In this document: in pieces, positions 47,964 through 57,229 of the stretch | How the letters are laid out: every line of letters begins with the position of its first letter | Numbering within the stretch: the stretch's first letter is position 1 | Assembly: GCA_026391215.1 (NCBI GenBank) | Contig: JAPLDX010000058.1 | Span: forward strand, 82,119 to 146,118 | Length of the DNA: 64,000 nt | Reading direction: 5' to 3' | From: Bacteroidia bacterium | Lineage (GTDB): Bacteria > Bacteroidota > Bacteroidia > Bacteroidales > VadinHA17 | The notes under the pieces: model-generated | What the model saw: the letters and a program-made list of their open reading frames with translations, nothing else | Databases searched by the model: none | What the model was told of the DNA's origin: nothing | Made by a program: the position numbers and the translations under genes

Positions 47964-49325
47964 TTATCTGTTATTACTCCAGTCAGTTCCAAATTCATAA
48001 AACATTACTGCTGAATCATTTATTACAACCTGGTAGTTCTTTAACAGGTTGAGCATTTCAGCTCCGGCCATTATTACAGGACCATATCCGTGAGCTGCAG
48101 CAGTATTTACAGGTCTGTGGTAATAGAATGCCGGATCGAATGCCATGCCGGTGCCTACACAGGTCCCTTCAACCTGTCCCTGGTCATTTATCTTTGTCTG
48201 AACGGCATTCCACCCAAGTATGGCAGTTGATCCGTATGCCCGGTAATCGATCCATCCTTTATTTACTGCATGAGCGATACAGAATGTAAATATGGCAGTT
48301 GCAGACGTCTCAAGGTAGGAATCATTCCTGTCAATCAGCTGGTGCCAGAAGCCTGTACCTGACTGGTATGAGGCAAGTCCGGCTATATGTGATCTTAGCA
48401 GATTGAGTATCTCTGTACGGGAAGGGTGATCTTCGGGAAGAACATCGAGTAATTCTGACATGGCAAGGAGCGCCCATCCATTGCATCTTGCCCAGAAAAA
48501 CCCGGGATGAACATCCATATTCTGGATCCAGCCATGCATGAAGATCCCTTTATCCTCGTCGAACATCCGCTCTGAAAATTGCAGTATCTGCCTGCATGCG
48601 TCATCGTAATACTTAAGGTCTCCGGTAAGCTTGCCCATCTGAGCCAGTGCAGGGACGCTCATGTAGAGATCGTCCAGCCATAATGCATCAGGCAGCGGAC
48701 GATTACGGGAAAGTGTTCCATCAGCAAGTCTCTGCTGTTTATTTGAAATGAAATCTATATAGTTGTCGATAAACGGGCGGAGATCCTGATTCTTTGTAAT
48801 GCTGATTGTTTTTATCATGGCAGCGCACATTGATCCGGCGTCATCCAGGGCTCGAGGATTAAGCACAGATCTGACAGGATTGTTTTCTATCTGTCCGGAT
48901 TGATTTGCCTTGAAGTATTTTGCCACAGAACTGATCAGTTCCATCCTCTTTGAAGTGTAACCGGTAAATTTTGAATCGCCGGTTGCTTCACCTGCAAGGA
49001 GCATAGCCCCGTAAGCAACGCCCCATTCATAGCTTATCAGCCTGAATACTCCGGGTTCAAAAACAGCTCCTGGTGTCAGCTTTGAAAGGTCGGTGATCTC
49101 TGTTTTTGACTTACGGTCAATCACTTTTGCCGGTGTTGAATCATCAATGTAGTTGTACAAACGGTTTAGTACAGCAGTAATATCCTCAACTTTCTGCGGT
49201 CCGTACGGTACGGGGTAGTCGGATTGAAGGGCATGAAGAGGAGTATTTGAATCTGTTACCTGTGCAACCGCCGTGTTAAGAATGCAGGCAGCTATTAAAA
49301 ATAAAAGGCATGGTTTATTTATCAT
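47964..49325 (-). CDS. GH88/GH105 unsaturated rhamnogalacturonyl hydrolase
   Basis: SYEWGV, LDDAGSM, LWLDDLYM, FWARCNGW, GFWHQL, ETSATA and HGYGP. Confidence 0.9.
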   Translation of the reverse strand: MINKPCLLFLIAACILNTAVAQVTDSNTPLHALQSDYPVPYGPQKVEDITAVLNRLYNYIDDSTPAKVIDRKSKTEITDLSKLTPGAVFEPGVFRLISYEWGVAYGAMLLAGEATGDSKFTGYTSKRMELISSVAKYFKANQSGQIENNPVRSVLNPRALDDAGSMCAAMIKTISITKNQDLRPFIDNYIDFISNKQQRLADGTLSRNRPLPDALWLDDLYMSVPALAQMGKLTGDLKYYDDACRQILQFSERMFDEDKGIFMHGWIQNMDVHPGFFWARCNGWALLAMSELLDVLPEDHPSRTEILNLLRSHIAGLASYQSGTGFWHQLIDRNDSYLETSATAIFTFCIAHAVNKGWIDYRAYGSTAILGWNAVQTKINDQGQVEGTCVGTGMAFDPAFYYHRPVNTAAAHGYGPVIMAGAEMLNLLKNYQVVINDSAVMFYEFGTDWSNNR

Positions 49326-49329
49326 TTTC

Positions 49330-50451
49330 TTAAATTTTCAGGAAAATCTTCTTTCTGTATAAAAAATAAAGGAATACCCACCCGATTGCGGTAACGCCGA
49401 CGGCTTCAACGAAAGGAGCCCAAGCCTCAGGGAGCAGTTCTGCAAATCCGCCAAAGAAAAATTCTGACGCTGACCTGAAATTGACAATCCTTTCCACAAG
49501 ATAAATAGTAATGGGATTCATCCCTATTACAACAAAAAAGAATGCCCATTTCCTGAAATCAAGGATATCAATTATCAAATGGAAAAAAGTAAAAAGCAGG
49601 AGGCTCAATCCACCGACCCAGCATACAAATGAGCTTGACCAGAGATTTTTATTAATAGGGAAAACAATATCCCAGAGCTTCCCAATTATCATAAATGCAA
49701 TGGCCGTCATGAACATGTACAGAACTTTACGGAAAGGTTTATTCTCAAGGTACCCGGATAACAAAAATTGTCCTGTAAGCATTCCAAGAAGGGCAGTTGA
49801 GATAGCCGGAAGAGTGCTCATAATTCCTTCAGGATCATGGTTTCCCAGGTATAGTCTTCCAGGCATGAGAATCCTATCTAAATGGCTTGCAAAGTTGCCT
49901 TCCTGTGAAAAGATATCTGTTGATCCCAGATCATGGGCAGGAAAAAGGAGGAATAAAAGGTAATAGATGATGAGGATTCCCCAGAACCATATGATCCTGG
50001 CAGTTTGTTTTGTATTCATAAAAATGATGGCTGCAAACATCCATGCCAGGCCAATACGCCCAAGTACGCTGCCATAACGCAGTTCTGTAAAGTTGAATCT
50101 TAAGCCGTTATTATAAAGGATGCCTAGAACGACAAGGATCAGTCCGCGGGAAATTACATGCCTGTAAATTGAATTCCTGCTTTCACCTTTTTCCAGTCTT
50201 TTTTTGAGAGAAAACGGTAATGATATTCCGGCAATAAAAAGAAAGAGAGGGAAAATCATATCGTAAAATTCAAAACCGTGCCATGGAACGTGATGCAGCT
50301 GCCTTGCGCACCATTCAAATACAGGCCATCCCGTTAATGCAGCAAGAGAGATGAAAATGCCTTCTCCTCCCATGATCCAGAACATATCAAATCCCCTGAG
50401 GGCATCGAGCGAATAAAGCCTTTTTATAGCCGGTTTGTTTTCTTTTTCCAT
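49330..50451 (-). CDS. DUF5009/HGSNAT-like membrane acyltransferase
   Basis: RLYSLDALRGFDM, H..WHG..FYD.IFPLFLF, DPEG, PINKNLWS and GMNPI. The start is MEKEN at 50451. Confidence 0.88.
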   Translation of the reverse strand: MEKENKPAIKRLYSLDALRGFDMFWIMGGEGIFISLAALTGWPVFEWCARQLHHVPWHGFEFYDMIFPLFLFIAGISLPFSLKKRLEKGESRNSIYRHVISRGLILVVLGILYNNGLRFNFTELRYGSVLGRIGLAWMFAAIIFMNTKQTARIIWFWGILIIYYLLFLLFPAHDLGSTDIFSQEGNFASHLDRILMPGRLYLGNHDPEGIMSTLPAISTALLGMLTGQFLLSGYLENKPFRKVLYMFMTAIAFMIIGKLWDIVFPINKNLWSSSFVCWVGGLSLLLFTFFHLIIDILDFRKWAFFFVVIGMNPITIYLVERIVNFRSASEFFFGGFAELLPEAWAPFVEAVGVTAIGWVFLYFLYRKKIFLKI

Positions 50452-50453
50452 TT

Positions 50454-50975
50454 TTAAGGTATAAGGATTTTTTCTATTTCCGCCCACGAATTCACGCGGG
50501 TATGTTTGCTGTTATTATTATGAAGATTTAGAGGCTGAGTAAAGATGTAGGTTTTCCCTGCGAAATTATCAAGATTCTTGGGATGGTCATCAATCATGAT
50601 ATCAGCTTTGATCAGACTTTTATCACCGCAAAACACAATCTGTTTCCAGCTGATAAATGAGAAGTGTTCCTTAAGCCACATCAGTTTATCTGTCAGACTG
50701 TTAGGGAATTCGGTTGCTAGGGAGACCACAATAATGTCATATTCTTTATTCAGTTTTTCAAGTACTTTCCGGCTCCCTTCCATAACCGGTAGAGTCCTGA
50801 AAAATCCCGGTTCCGACACCCATCTTCTCTGATTCGGGAAAGCCTCTTCCTCAAGCTTCCCTGCAATATCTTCCGCTGAAAGCCTGTCCCCGGTCTCTTT
50901 CTCATGAATATCAAATAAACGGGGGTAGACATCTGCCAGCACTCCGTCCATATCAACAATGATTTTCTTTTTCAT
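50454..50975 (-). CDS. 5'(3')-deoxyribonucleotidase (HAD)
   Basis: DMDGVLAD, GFFRTL, K..WL..HF.F and MIDD. Confidence 0.9.
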   Translation of the reverse strand: MKKKIIVDMDGVLADVYPRLFDIHEKETGDRLSAEDIAGKLEEEAFPNQRRWVSEPGFFRTLPVMEGSRKVLEKLNKEYDIIVVSLATEFPNSLTDKLMWLKEHFSFISWKQIVFCGDKSLIKADIMIDDHPKNLDNFAGKTYIFTQPLNLHNNNSKHTRVNSWAEIEKILIP

Positions 50976-51118
50976 TTTTCCCTTAGTACTGGCAAAAATA
51001 ACATTTTAAGAAAATGATATGCGAAAAAAAGCATTGTTATTTTGCATAATAAAACCGATTTAAATTACTTTTACCCGATAAGTCCATTACATTACAAACT
51101 ATACAAAATAATAGCATT

Positions 51119-52450
51119 ATGTCAACCCGAAGAGATTTCATTCAGAAAACTGCTCTTGGTGCCGCAGGCTTGACGCTCGGTGCAAAGAGTTATTCACGCA
51201 TCCTGGGAGCAAATGACAGGATCCGCGTTGGTATTGTCGGTTATTCAGACCGTTTCAGGGCATCACTGGTACCTGCTTTTATGGGCCTGGCCGGAGAGCT
51301 CAATTTTGAATTTACTGCCCTTTCTGACCTTTGGAGCAAGAGGAGGGAGGAAGCTGATACTTTTTTCAAATCAAAGGGGACAGCTCTCAGGCTTGCACGC
51401 AATAATGAAGAGTTGTATGAAAAAAATGATACTGATGCAGTGATAATAAGCACCGCAGATTTTCAACATGCACTTCACTGTGCTGAAGCAGTCGAAACAG
51501 GACGTGACGCATATGTTGAAAAACCTTTTGCAGAGACAATGGACGATGCAAGGCTTGCGCTGAGATCTGTTCAGAGATCAGGAAAGATTGTCCAGATAGG
51601 ATCACAGCGCCGTAGCGCTCCGAACTATATCGCTGCAAACGAATATTTAAACTCAGGCAAATTCGGAAAGATAGTGATGGTTGAAATGACATGGAATGTC
51701 AACCAGCCGGGACGATGGAGAAGACCTAATACTGTACCATTGCTGAAAGAAGCTGATACTGACTGGAAAAGATTTCTGCTGAACCGTCCGGCTGATACAT
51801 TTGATCCCAGAAAATACCTGGAATTCAGGCTGTTCTGGCCATATTCGTCAGGAATTCCCGGCCAATGGATGGCTCACCAGATAGATACAGTCCACTGGTT
51901 TACAAAGCTGTCCCATCCGAGGAGCATATCGGCCAACGGCGGCATTTACCTCTGGAAGGATGGCAGAACGAACTTTGACACCATGACAGCAGTAATGGAT
52001 TATGGTGATCCGGCAAATCCTGATATGGGATTCCAGGTTGTCTATTCATCAAGATTTACAAATTCTGCCGGAGGTACAAAAGAACTATATTATTCAAACG
52101 GCGGAATGCTCAATCTTGATACGAATAAAGTAACCTCCGAAGGCGGACTTTCTGAAAGAGAAGCTGGTGCAATGAACATGAAGGCAAACCTTCTTGAGCC
52201 TTTTGAGCTGCCCAGTGTGAAAATTGAAACATCTGCTGATACCGGTGGCGATCCAATGACAACAGCACATATGAGAAACTGGATGGAGTGTGTCCGCGAC
52301 CGTAAGAAACCGCATGCTGATGTTGTGGCAGGATACAACCACTCAATAGCCAATATAATGTGTACCGCGAGCCTCAGAACAGGAGAGAAGGCAACTTTCG
52401 ATGAGAAGACACAGGAGGTAATGGCTGGAGGTAAGGTGTTCCAGTATTAA
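51119..52450 (+). CDS. Gfo/Idh/MocA oxidoreductase, Tat-exported
   Basis: TRRDFI, GANDRIRVG, YVEKP, QIGSQRRS and H.ID. Confidence 0.92.
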   Translation: MSTRRDFIQKTALGAAGLTLGAKSYSRILGANDRIRVGIVGYSDRFRASLVPAFMGLAGELNFEFTALSDLWSKRREEADTFFKSKGTALRLARNNEELYEKNDTDAVIISTADFQHALHCAEAVETGRDAYVEKPFAETMDDARLALRSVQRSGKIVQIGSQRRSAPNYIAANEYLNSGKFGKIVMVEMTWNVNQPGRWRRPNTVPLLKEADTDWKRFLLNRPADTFDPRKYLEFRLFWPYSSGIPGQWMAHQIDTVHWFTKLSHPRSISANGGIYLWKDGRTNFDTMTAVMDYGDPANPDMGFQVVYSSRFTNSAGGTKELYYSNGGMLNLDTNKVTSEGGLSEREAGAMNMKANLLEPFELPSVKIETSADTGGDPMTTAHMRNWMECVRDRKKPHADVVAGYNHSIANIMCTASLRTGEKATFDEKTQEVMAGGKVFQY

Positions 52451-52461
52451 CAGACAAAATA

Positions 52462-53538
52462 ATGAGTATGGCTAATAAATGTATAAGGGACAGCTTTATC
52501 ACGCTGATTACACTGTTATTGTTTCTGGCTTCCGGAGTCACTTCAAGCTGCCAGTCATCGGATATGAAAGATGTAAAACTGGTAAGGGTGGATAATATGC
52601 ACCGCATCGATATCTTTATCGGGGACAAGCTTTTTACATCCTATCAATACCCGGAAAATTTTGAAAAGCCATTCCTGTACCCGGTCTATGCTCCGAATGG
52701 CTCTGTAATAACAAGAGGCTTCCCTATCGAACCCAGGAAAGGAGAACGGATTGATCATCCGCACCAGGTAGGATTATGGTTCAACCATGGCAGCATTAAC
52801 GGTAAAGACTTCTGGAATAACTCATCTGCAATTCCGGCCGAAAAGAAAGGATCGTACGGGCATATCGTTGTCAGTAAGATAGTAAAAGCTGAAAGCGGAA
52901 AGAAGGGCATTCTTGTAGTTATGGCAAACTGGAATGATAATGACGGCAACACTATACTTGTTGAAAATACAAAATATATATTTTCAGGGACTGAAAATAG
53001 CTGGACCGTTGATCATATAACAACACTTACTGCTGAAAACGGACCTGTTGCTATTCTTGACAATAAGGAGGGCCTGTTTGCAATAAGGGTCGACAGAGCA
53101 TTTGAGATGCCCTCAGATCAGCCGCTTGTCTTTACTGATGATAAGGGCAATCCGACTACTGTTGAGGCAATTGATAATACAGGTGTTACAGGAATGTACA
53201 CCTCAAGCCAGGGTCTTAAAGGCGATGCAGTATGGGGTACAAGAAATGACTGGGTAATCCTGTCGGGAACAAAGGATAATACCCGGATCACCTTCGGTAT
53301 TTTTGATCATCCCGATAATCCTGGTTATCCCGCTTATGCACATGCCCGGGGGTATGGTCTCTTTTCAGTTAATAACCTGGGACAGAAATCCTACGATCCA
53401 AAACAGGAGAGTAAAAACTATAATCTTGAAAAAGGAGAGTCAATGAATTTGTATCACAGGTTTTATGTTCAGTCGGGTTCTGAGTTGACACCGGAAGCGG
53501 CAAATTTGATATTTGAAGAGTTTTCAAAAAAATATTGA
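52462..53538 (+). CDS. DUF6807 ('PmoA-family') lipoprotein
   Basis: KPFLYPV, ITRGFP, DHPHQ.GLWFNHG, DNKEG, DHP.NP and HARGYGLF..N. Confidence 0.85.
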   Translation: MSMANKCIRDSFITLITLLLFLASGVTSSCQSSDMKDVKLVRVDNMHRIDIFIGDKLFTSYQYPENFEKPFLYPVYAPNGSVITRGFPIEPRKGERIDHPHQVGLWFNHGSINGKDFWNNSSAIPAEKKGSYGHIVVSKIVKAESGKKGILVVMANWNDNDGNTILVENTKYIFSGTENSWTVDHITTLTAENGPVAILDNKEGLFAIRVDRAFEMPSDQPLVFTDDKGNPTTVEAIDNTGVTGMYTSSQGLKGDAVWGTRNDWVILSGTKDNTRITFGIFDHPDNPGYPAYAHARGYGLFSVNNLGQKSYDPKQESKNYNLEKGESMNLYHRFYVQSGSELTPEAANLIFEEFSKKY

Positions 53539-53554
53539 ATAAAATTTTATTATC

Positions 53555-54358
53555 ATGAAATACATTAATAGTTTAATTAAAGGATCGCTCATTTTAGTTT
53601 TTATGAGTTTTTTTTCCGCGCCCATATCCAATCTGAATGCAGCCTCTGCAAAACAGATGTATTATGAGATCAAGGTATATCATGTGAAAAATTCAGCACA
53701 GGCTGAACGGATTGACAGCTATCTAAGGGATGCGTATCTCCCGGCTTTGCATAAGGCAGGAATACTGAGTGCTGGTGTCTTCAAACCTATTGCCAGTGAT
53801 ACTTCATTCGGGAAGGTAGTATTTGTGTTTATTCCTTATAAAGACCTTAAACAGTATCTAAAGGTGACAGCTTCGGTTGACAAGAATATAGATTACCAGA
53901 AGAATGGTAACGCATTTCTTGATGCCCCGTATAACGATCCACCATTCACAAGATATGAAAGCATCCTGTTGAAAGCGTTTGCTGGTATGCCTGTGTTTGT
54001 GCCACCGGTTTATACAAATCCTGCAGGAGAGAGGATTTATGAATTGAGGAGTTACGAAAGTGCCACGGAAGCAGAAGCAGCAAAAAAGATCCAAATGTTC
54101 AACCAGGGCGGCGAAATTGAGCTGTTTAAAAAGCTGGGTTTCAATCCGATGTTTTTCGGAGAGGTGCTGATGGGAAGTGACAAACCCAACCTGATGTACA
54201 TGACCACCTTCCAGGATATACAGACACATGATAGTAAGTGGATGACATTCAGGGGTGATCCGGAATGGAAGAAAATGTCGGGGCTTGAAGAGTATAAGAA
54301 TACCGTTTCAAAAGCAGTCATATACCTTCTTAACCCGACATCATATTCGGATTTTTAA
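53555..54358 (+). CDS. NIPSNAP family protein (two domains, signal peptide)
   Basis: YYEIKVY, RIYELRSYES, MFN.GGEI and PNLMYM. Confidence 0.85.
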   Translation: MKYINSLIKGSLILVFMSFFSAPISNLNAASAKQMYYEIKVYHVKNSAQAERIDSYLRDAYLPALHKAGILSAGVFKPIASDTSFGKVVFVFIPYKDLKQYLKVTASVDKNIDYQKNGNAFLDAPYNDPPFTRYESILLKAFAGMPVFVPPVYTNPAGERIYELRSYESATEAEAAKKIQMFNQGGEIELFKKLGFNPMFFGEVLMGSDKPNLMYMTTFQDIQTHDSKWMTFRGDPEWKKMSGLEEYKNTVSKAVIYLLNPTSYSDF

Positions 54359-54368
54359 TCTGACAAAC

Positions 54369-55730
54369 TCACACAGGCAGATCTATTTTTGCGATAGATG
54401 CATCAACTTCAGCGCTGGTAAGCTCATGATCAGGCAGATTACCCTCGAAAAACTTTTCATAGGCTGATATATCAAAATGGCCATGGCCGCTGAGGTTAAA
54501 GAGAATTGTTTTTGAGACTCCTTCAATATCTGCTTTCCTGGCTTCATCAAGAGCTCCGGCTATGGCATAATTTGATTCAGGAGCGGGGAGGATACCTTCG
54601 GCCCTTGCGAAAAGTACTCCGGCCTCAAAACATTCTCTCTGCATTTTCGCTTTTGCCTCGACCAATCCGTCTTTCAGCAGCTGGCTGACAAGCACTCCGG
54701 CTCCGTGATATCGTAACCCGCCTGCATGTATCTTCTCAGGTATGAAATTGTGTCCGAGAGTGTACATGGGAAGGAGAGGTGTCATTCCTGCAGAATCACC
54801 AAAATCGTACATGAATTTCCCTTTTGTAAGTTTCGGACAGGAGGAAGGTTCAACAGTAAGGCATCTCGTTTTTGTACCTTTTGTAAGGTTTTCACGTATG
54901 AACGGGAAGGCTATGCCGGAAAAATTTGAGCCACCGCCGAAGCAGCCGATAACGACATCCGGGTAATCGCCGGCCTTTTCCATCTGGAGCAGCGCTTCCT
55001 GTCCTATAATCGTCTGGTGAAGGATAACATGATTGAGCACGCTGCCGAGGGAATATTTGGTGTATGGATCCTGTACTGCGATTTCCATAGCTTCGGAAAT
55101 AGCAATACCAAGGCTTCCCGGTGAGTTCGGATCCTGCTCAAGGATTTTTCTGCCGGCCGCAGTCATGGAGGATGGTGAAGGAATTACCCTGGCATTATAA
55201 GTATTCATTAAAAGCTTGCGGCCAGGCTTCTGGTCGTAGCTGACTTTTACCATAAATACCAGCAGCTCAAGTCCGAAGTGGTGACAGGCGTAACTCATGG
55301 CGCTGCCCCATTGTCCGGCACCTGTTTCAGTAGTAATCCTTTTGATTCCCTCTTTCTTGTTATAATATGCCTGGGCAATGGCAGTATTTGCTTTATGAGA
55401 GCCGGAATAATTGCCTCCCTCATACTTGTAGTAGATCTTGCTTTTTGTACCCAATGCTTTTTCAAGGTTAATGGCCCTGAACATAGGAGAGGGACGATAG
55501 GTTTTATAGAGGTCAAGAACCTCTTCAGGAATATCAATATACCTTTCCGAAGATACTTCCTGTTTTATAAGCTCCATAGGGAAAACAGGAGCAAGAGCTT
55601 CAGGGCCAATAGGTTCATGCGTCACAGGATTCAGCGGAGGCATAGGCTTATTTGGCATATCAGCCTGGATATTATACCACTGACACGGCATCTCTTTTTC
55701 GCTTAACAAAATTCTTGTAGTTTTTTTCAT
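54369..55730 (-). CDS. trpB: TrpB2-type tryptophan synthase beta (stand-alone)
   Basis: WYNI.AD, GSHK.NTA, TTETGAGQWG, YSLGSVLNHV, GGGSNF, IHAGGLRYHG and NLSGHG. No trpA nearby. Confidence 0.93.
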   Translation of the reverse strand: MKKTTRILLSEKEMPCQWYNIQADMPNKPMPPLNPVTHEPIGPEALAPVFPMELIKQEVSSERYIDIPEEVLDLYKTYRPSPMFRAINLEKALGTKSKIYYKYEGGNYSGSHKANTAIAQAYYNKKEGIKRITTETGAGQWGSAMSYACHHFGLELLVFMVKVSYDQKPGRKLLMNTYNARVIPSPSSMTAAGRKILEQDPNSPGSLGIAISEAMEIAVQDPYTKYSLGSVLNHVILHQTIIGQEALLQMEKAGDYPDVVIGCFGGGSNFSGIAFPFIRENLTKGTKTRCLTVEPSSCPKLTKGKFMYDFGDSAGMTPLLPMYTLGHNFIPEKIHAGGLRYHGAGVLVSQLLKDGLVEAKAKMQRECFEAGVLFARAEGILPAPESNYAIAGALDEARKADIEGVSKTILFNLSGHGHFDISAYEKFFEGNLPDHELTSAEVDASIAKIDLPV

Positions 55731-55768
55731 AGTTATAATTATTAAGTGTTGATTAATTTATTTCAAAT

Positions 55769-55797
55769 AAAAAAGGCATGCTGTGAACAGCATGCCT
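55769..55797 (-). terminator. Attenuator terminator upstream of trpB2
   Basis: Minus strand AGGCATGCTG-ttca-CAGCATGCCT followed by a U-run. Confidence 0.88.
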
Positions 55798-55820
55798 CTA
55801 ATAAAAATATCCTATAATGG

Positions 55821-55895
55821 TTATACAATGGCCTGTTTCACAGCTTCATCCGAGCAGCTGCACCAGCACCAATTATATATCCTGTTAAATTTCAT
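55821..55895 (-). CDS. Trp attenuation leader peptide MKFNRIYNWCWCSCSDEAVKQAIV
   Basis: 24-codon ORF with two Trp codons. Its 3' part GCTGTGAA is complementary to TTCACAGC in the terminator. Promoter TAGATTTG at 55901-55908. Confidence 0.8.
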   Translation of the reverse strand: MKFNRIYNWCWCSCSDEAVKQAIV

Positions 55896-55957
55896 GAATG
55901 CAAATCTAAATAAAAATATCAATTCCGGGCAAAAAAATGAATAATTTTTAATAAAAA

Positions 55958-57202
55958 TTAAACTTTAACACCAATCTGCTTCAGATCGTTAAAGAATGCA
56001 GGATATGATTTTGCCACGCAATCTGAATCCTTAATGATCACATTGTCTGATGCCCGCAAAGCAGCTACTGCTGCAGCCATTGCAATACGGTGGTCATTAT
56101 GCGAATCTATCCTGGCTCCTCTGACCTCACCCCCGGTAACAAGCATAGTATCTCCCCTCAGTTCCACACTTATATTCATTTTACCAAATTCTTCCCTGAG
56201 TGCGTTTGCCCTGTCACTTTCCTTATGAATAAGCCGTGAAACTCCTTTTATAACAGATATTCCCTTACAGTATGCTGCAAGCGCAACCAATGGAGGGAAA
56301 AGATCGGGTGATTCTGACGCATCAAACTTATAAGAATGAAGCTCAGACTTTGAGATACCTATTGAATCTTCCTTAATTCTCATTCTGGCTCCGGCGGAAT
56401 CCAGAGCTGTAAGAATAGCTTTATCGCTCTGCCGGCTGTCAGGACGTAATCCGTGTATTTTCAATTCACCATTAACAGCTCCGGCCACAAGGAGAAATGC
56501 ACCGCCGCTCCAGTCACCTTCAACCTCGAAGCTTACTCCATGGTATTTTTGATTCCCCCTGATATTAAATAGTTTGTAATTGGTATTCTGGACTTTTATC
56601 CCGAATTTATCAAGAACATAAAGCGTCATATCTATGTATGGTTTGCTCTTTAGGTTCTTTACTGTTATTTCAGAGTCTTCGGATGCAAGGGGTAGCGCCA
56701 TCAGGAGTCCTGTCAGAAGTTGTGAACTGACTGATCCGTCAACTGTACATTTACCGCCTCTGACCGGACCTTTGATTTTCAATGGAATATATCCGCCTGC
56801 GCTGTCGCACTCTGCACCCAGCTGAAGGAGAGCATCTTCAATCATTGACATTGGCCTTTTTTTCAGAGAGCCAAATCCGGTCATAATTATCTCATAAGGA
56901 AGCAGGGCTGCTATCGGGGAGAACATCCGGATTGCCAGACCTGATTCTCCACAGCTGAGCTTTTTTTCTTTCAGCTTGCCTGTGCCCCTCATCTTCAGTT
57001 TTTTAAGTCCGGTTTGTATTTCGGCTCCAAGGTTAGCAGCAATTCCCAGTGCAGCCTTCGAATCATCGCAGCCTGACGGATTAAGAATAGTGGTTTCGGT
57101 ATCTGAAAGAAGAGCAGCGGCAATAGCCCTCTGAGTCATGCTCTTTGATGATGGAGCTTCAATATCACCTTTTACATAAGATGGAACTATTGTTTGGTTC
57201 AT
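55958..57202 (-). CDS. aroA: 3-phosphoshikimate 1-carboxyvinyltransferase
   Basis: SKSMTQR, SSQ..TGLL, EGDWS, KESDR, DHRIAMA and KSYP.F. Confidence 0.96.
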   Translation of the reverse strand: MNQTIVPSYVKGDIEAPSSKSMTQRAIAAALLSDTETTILNPSGCDDSKAALGIAANLGAEIQTGLKKLKMRGTGKLKEKKLSCGESGLAIRMFSPIAALLPYEIIMTGFGSLKKRPMSMIEDALLQLGAECDSAGGYIPLKIKGPVRGGKCTVDGSVSSQLLTGLLMALPLASEDSEITVKNLKSKPYIDMTLYVLDKFGIKVQNTNYKLFNIRGNQKYHGVSFEVEGDWSGGAFLLVAGAVNGELKIHGLRPDSRQSDKAILTALDSAGARMRIKEDSIGISKSELHSYKFDASESPDLFPPLVALAAYCKGISVIKGVSRLIHKESDRANALREEFGKMNISVELRGDTMLVTGGEVRGARIDSHNDHRIAMAAAVAALRASDNVIIKDSDCVAKSYPAFFNDLKQIGVKV

Positions 57203-57229
57203 TGCATAAATCTGCTTTACAGATCCTTT

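Noticed and set aside
52462-53538. Particulate methane monooxygenase
   Set aside because: The 'PmoA family' label is a naming artefact. The protein is a soluble beta-rich lipoprotein and there is no pmoB/pmoC.
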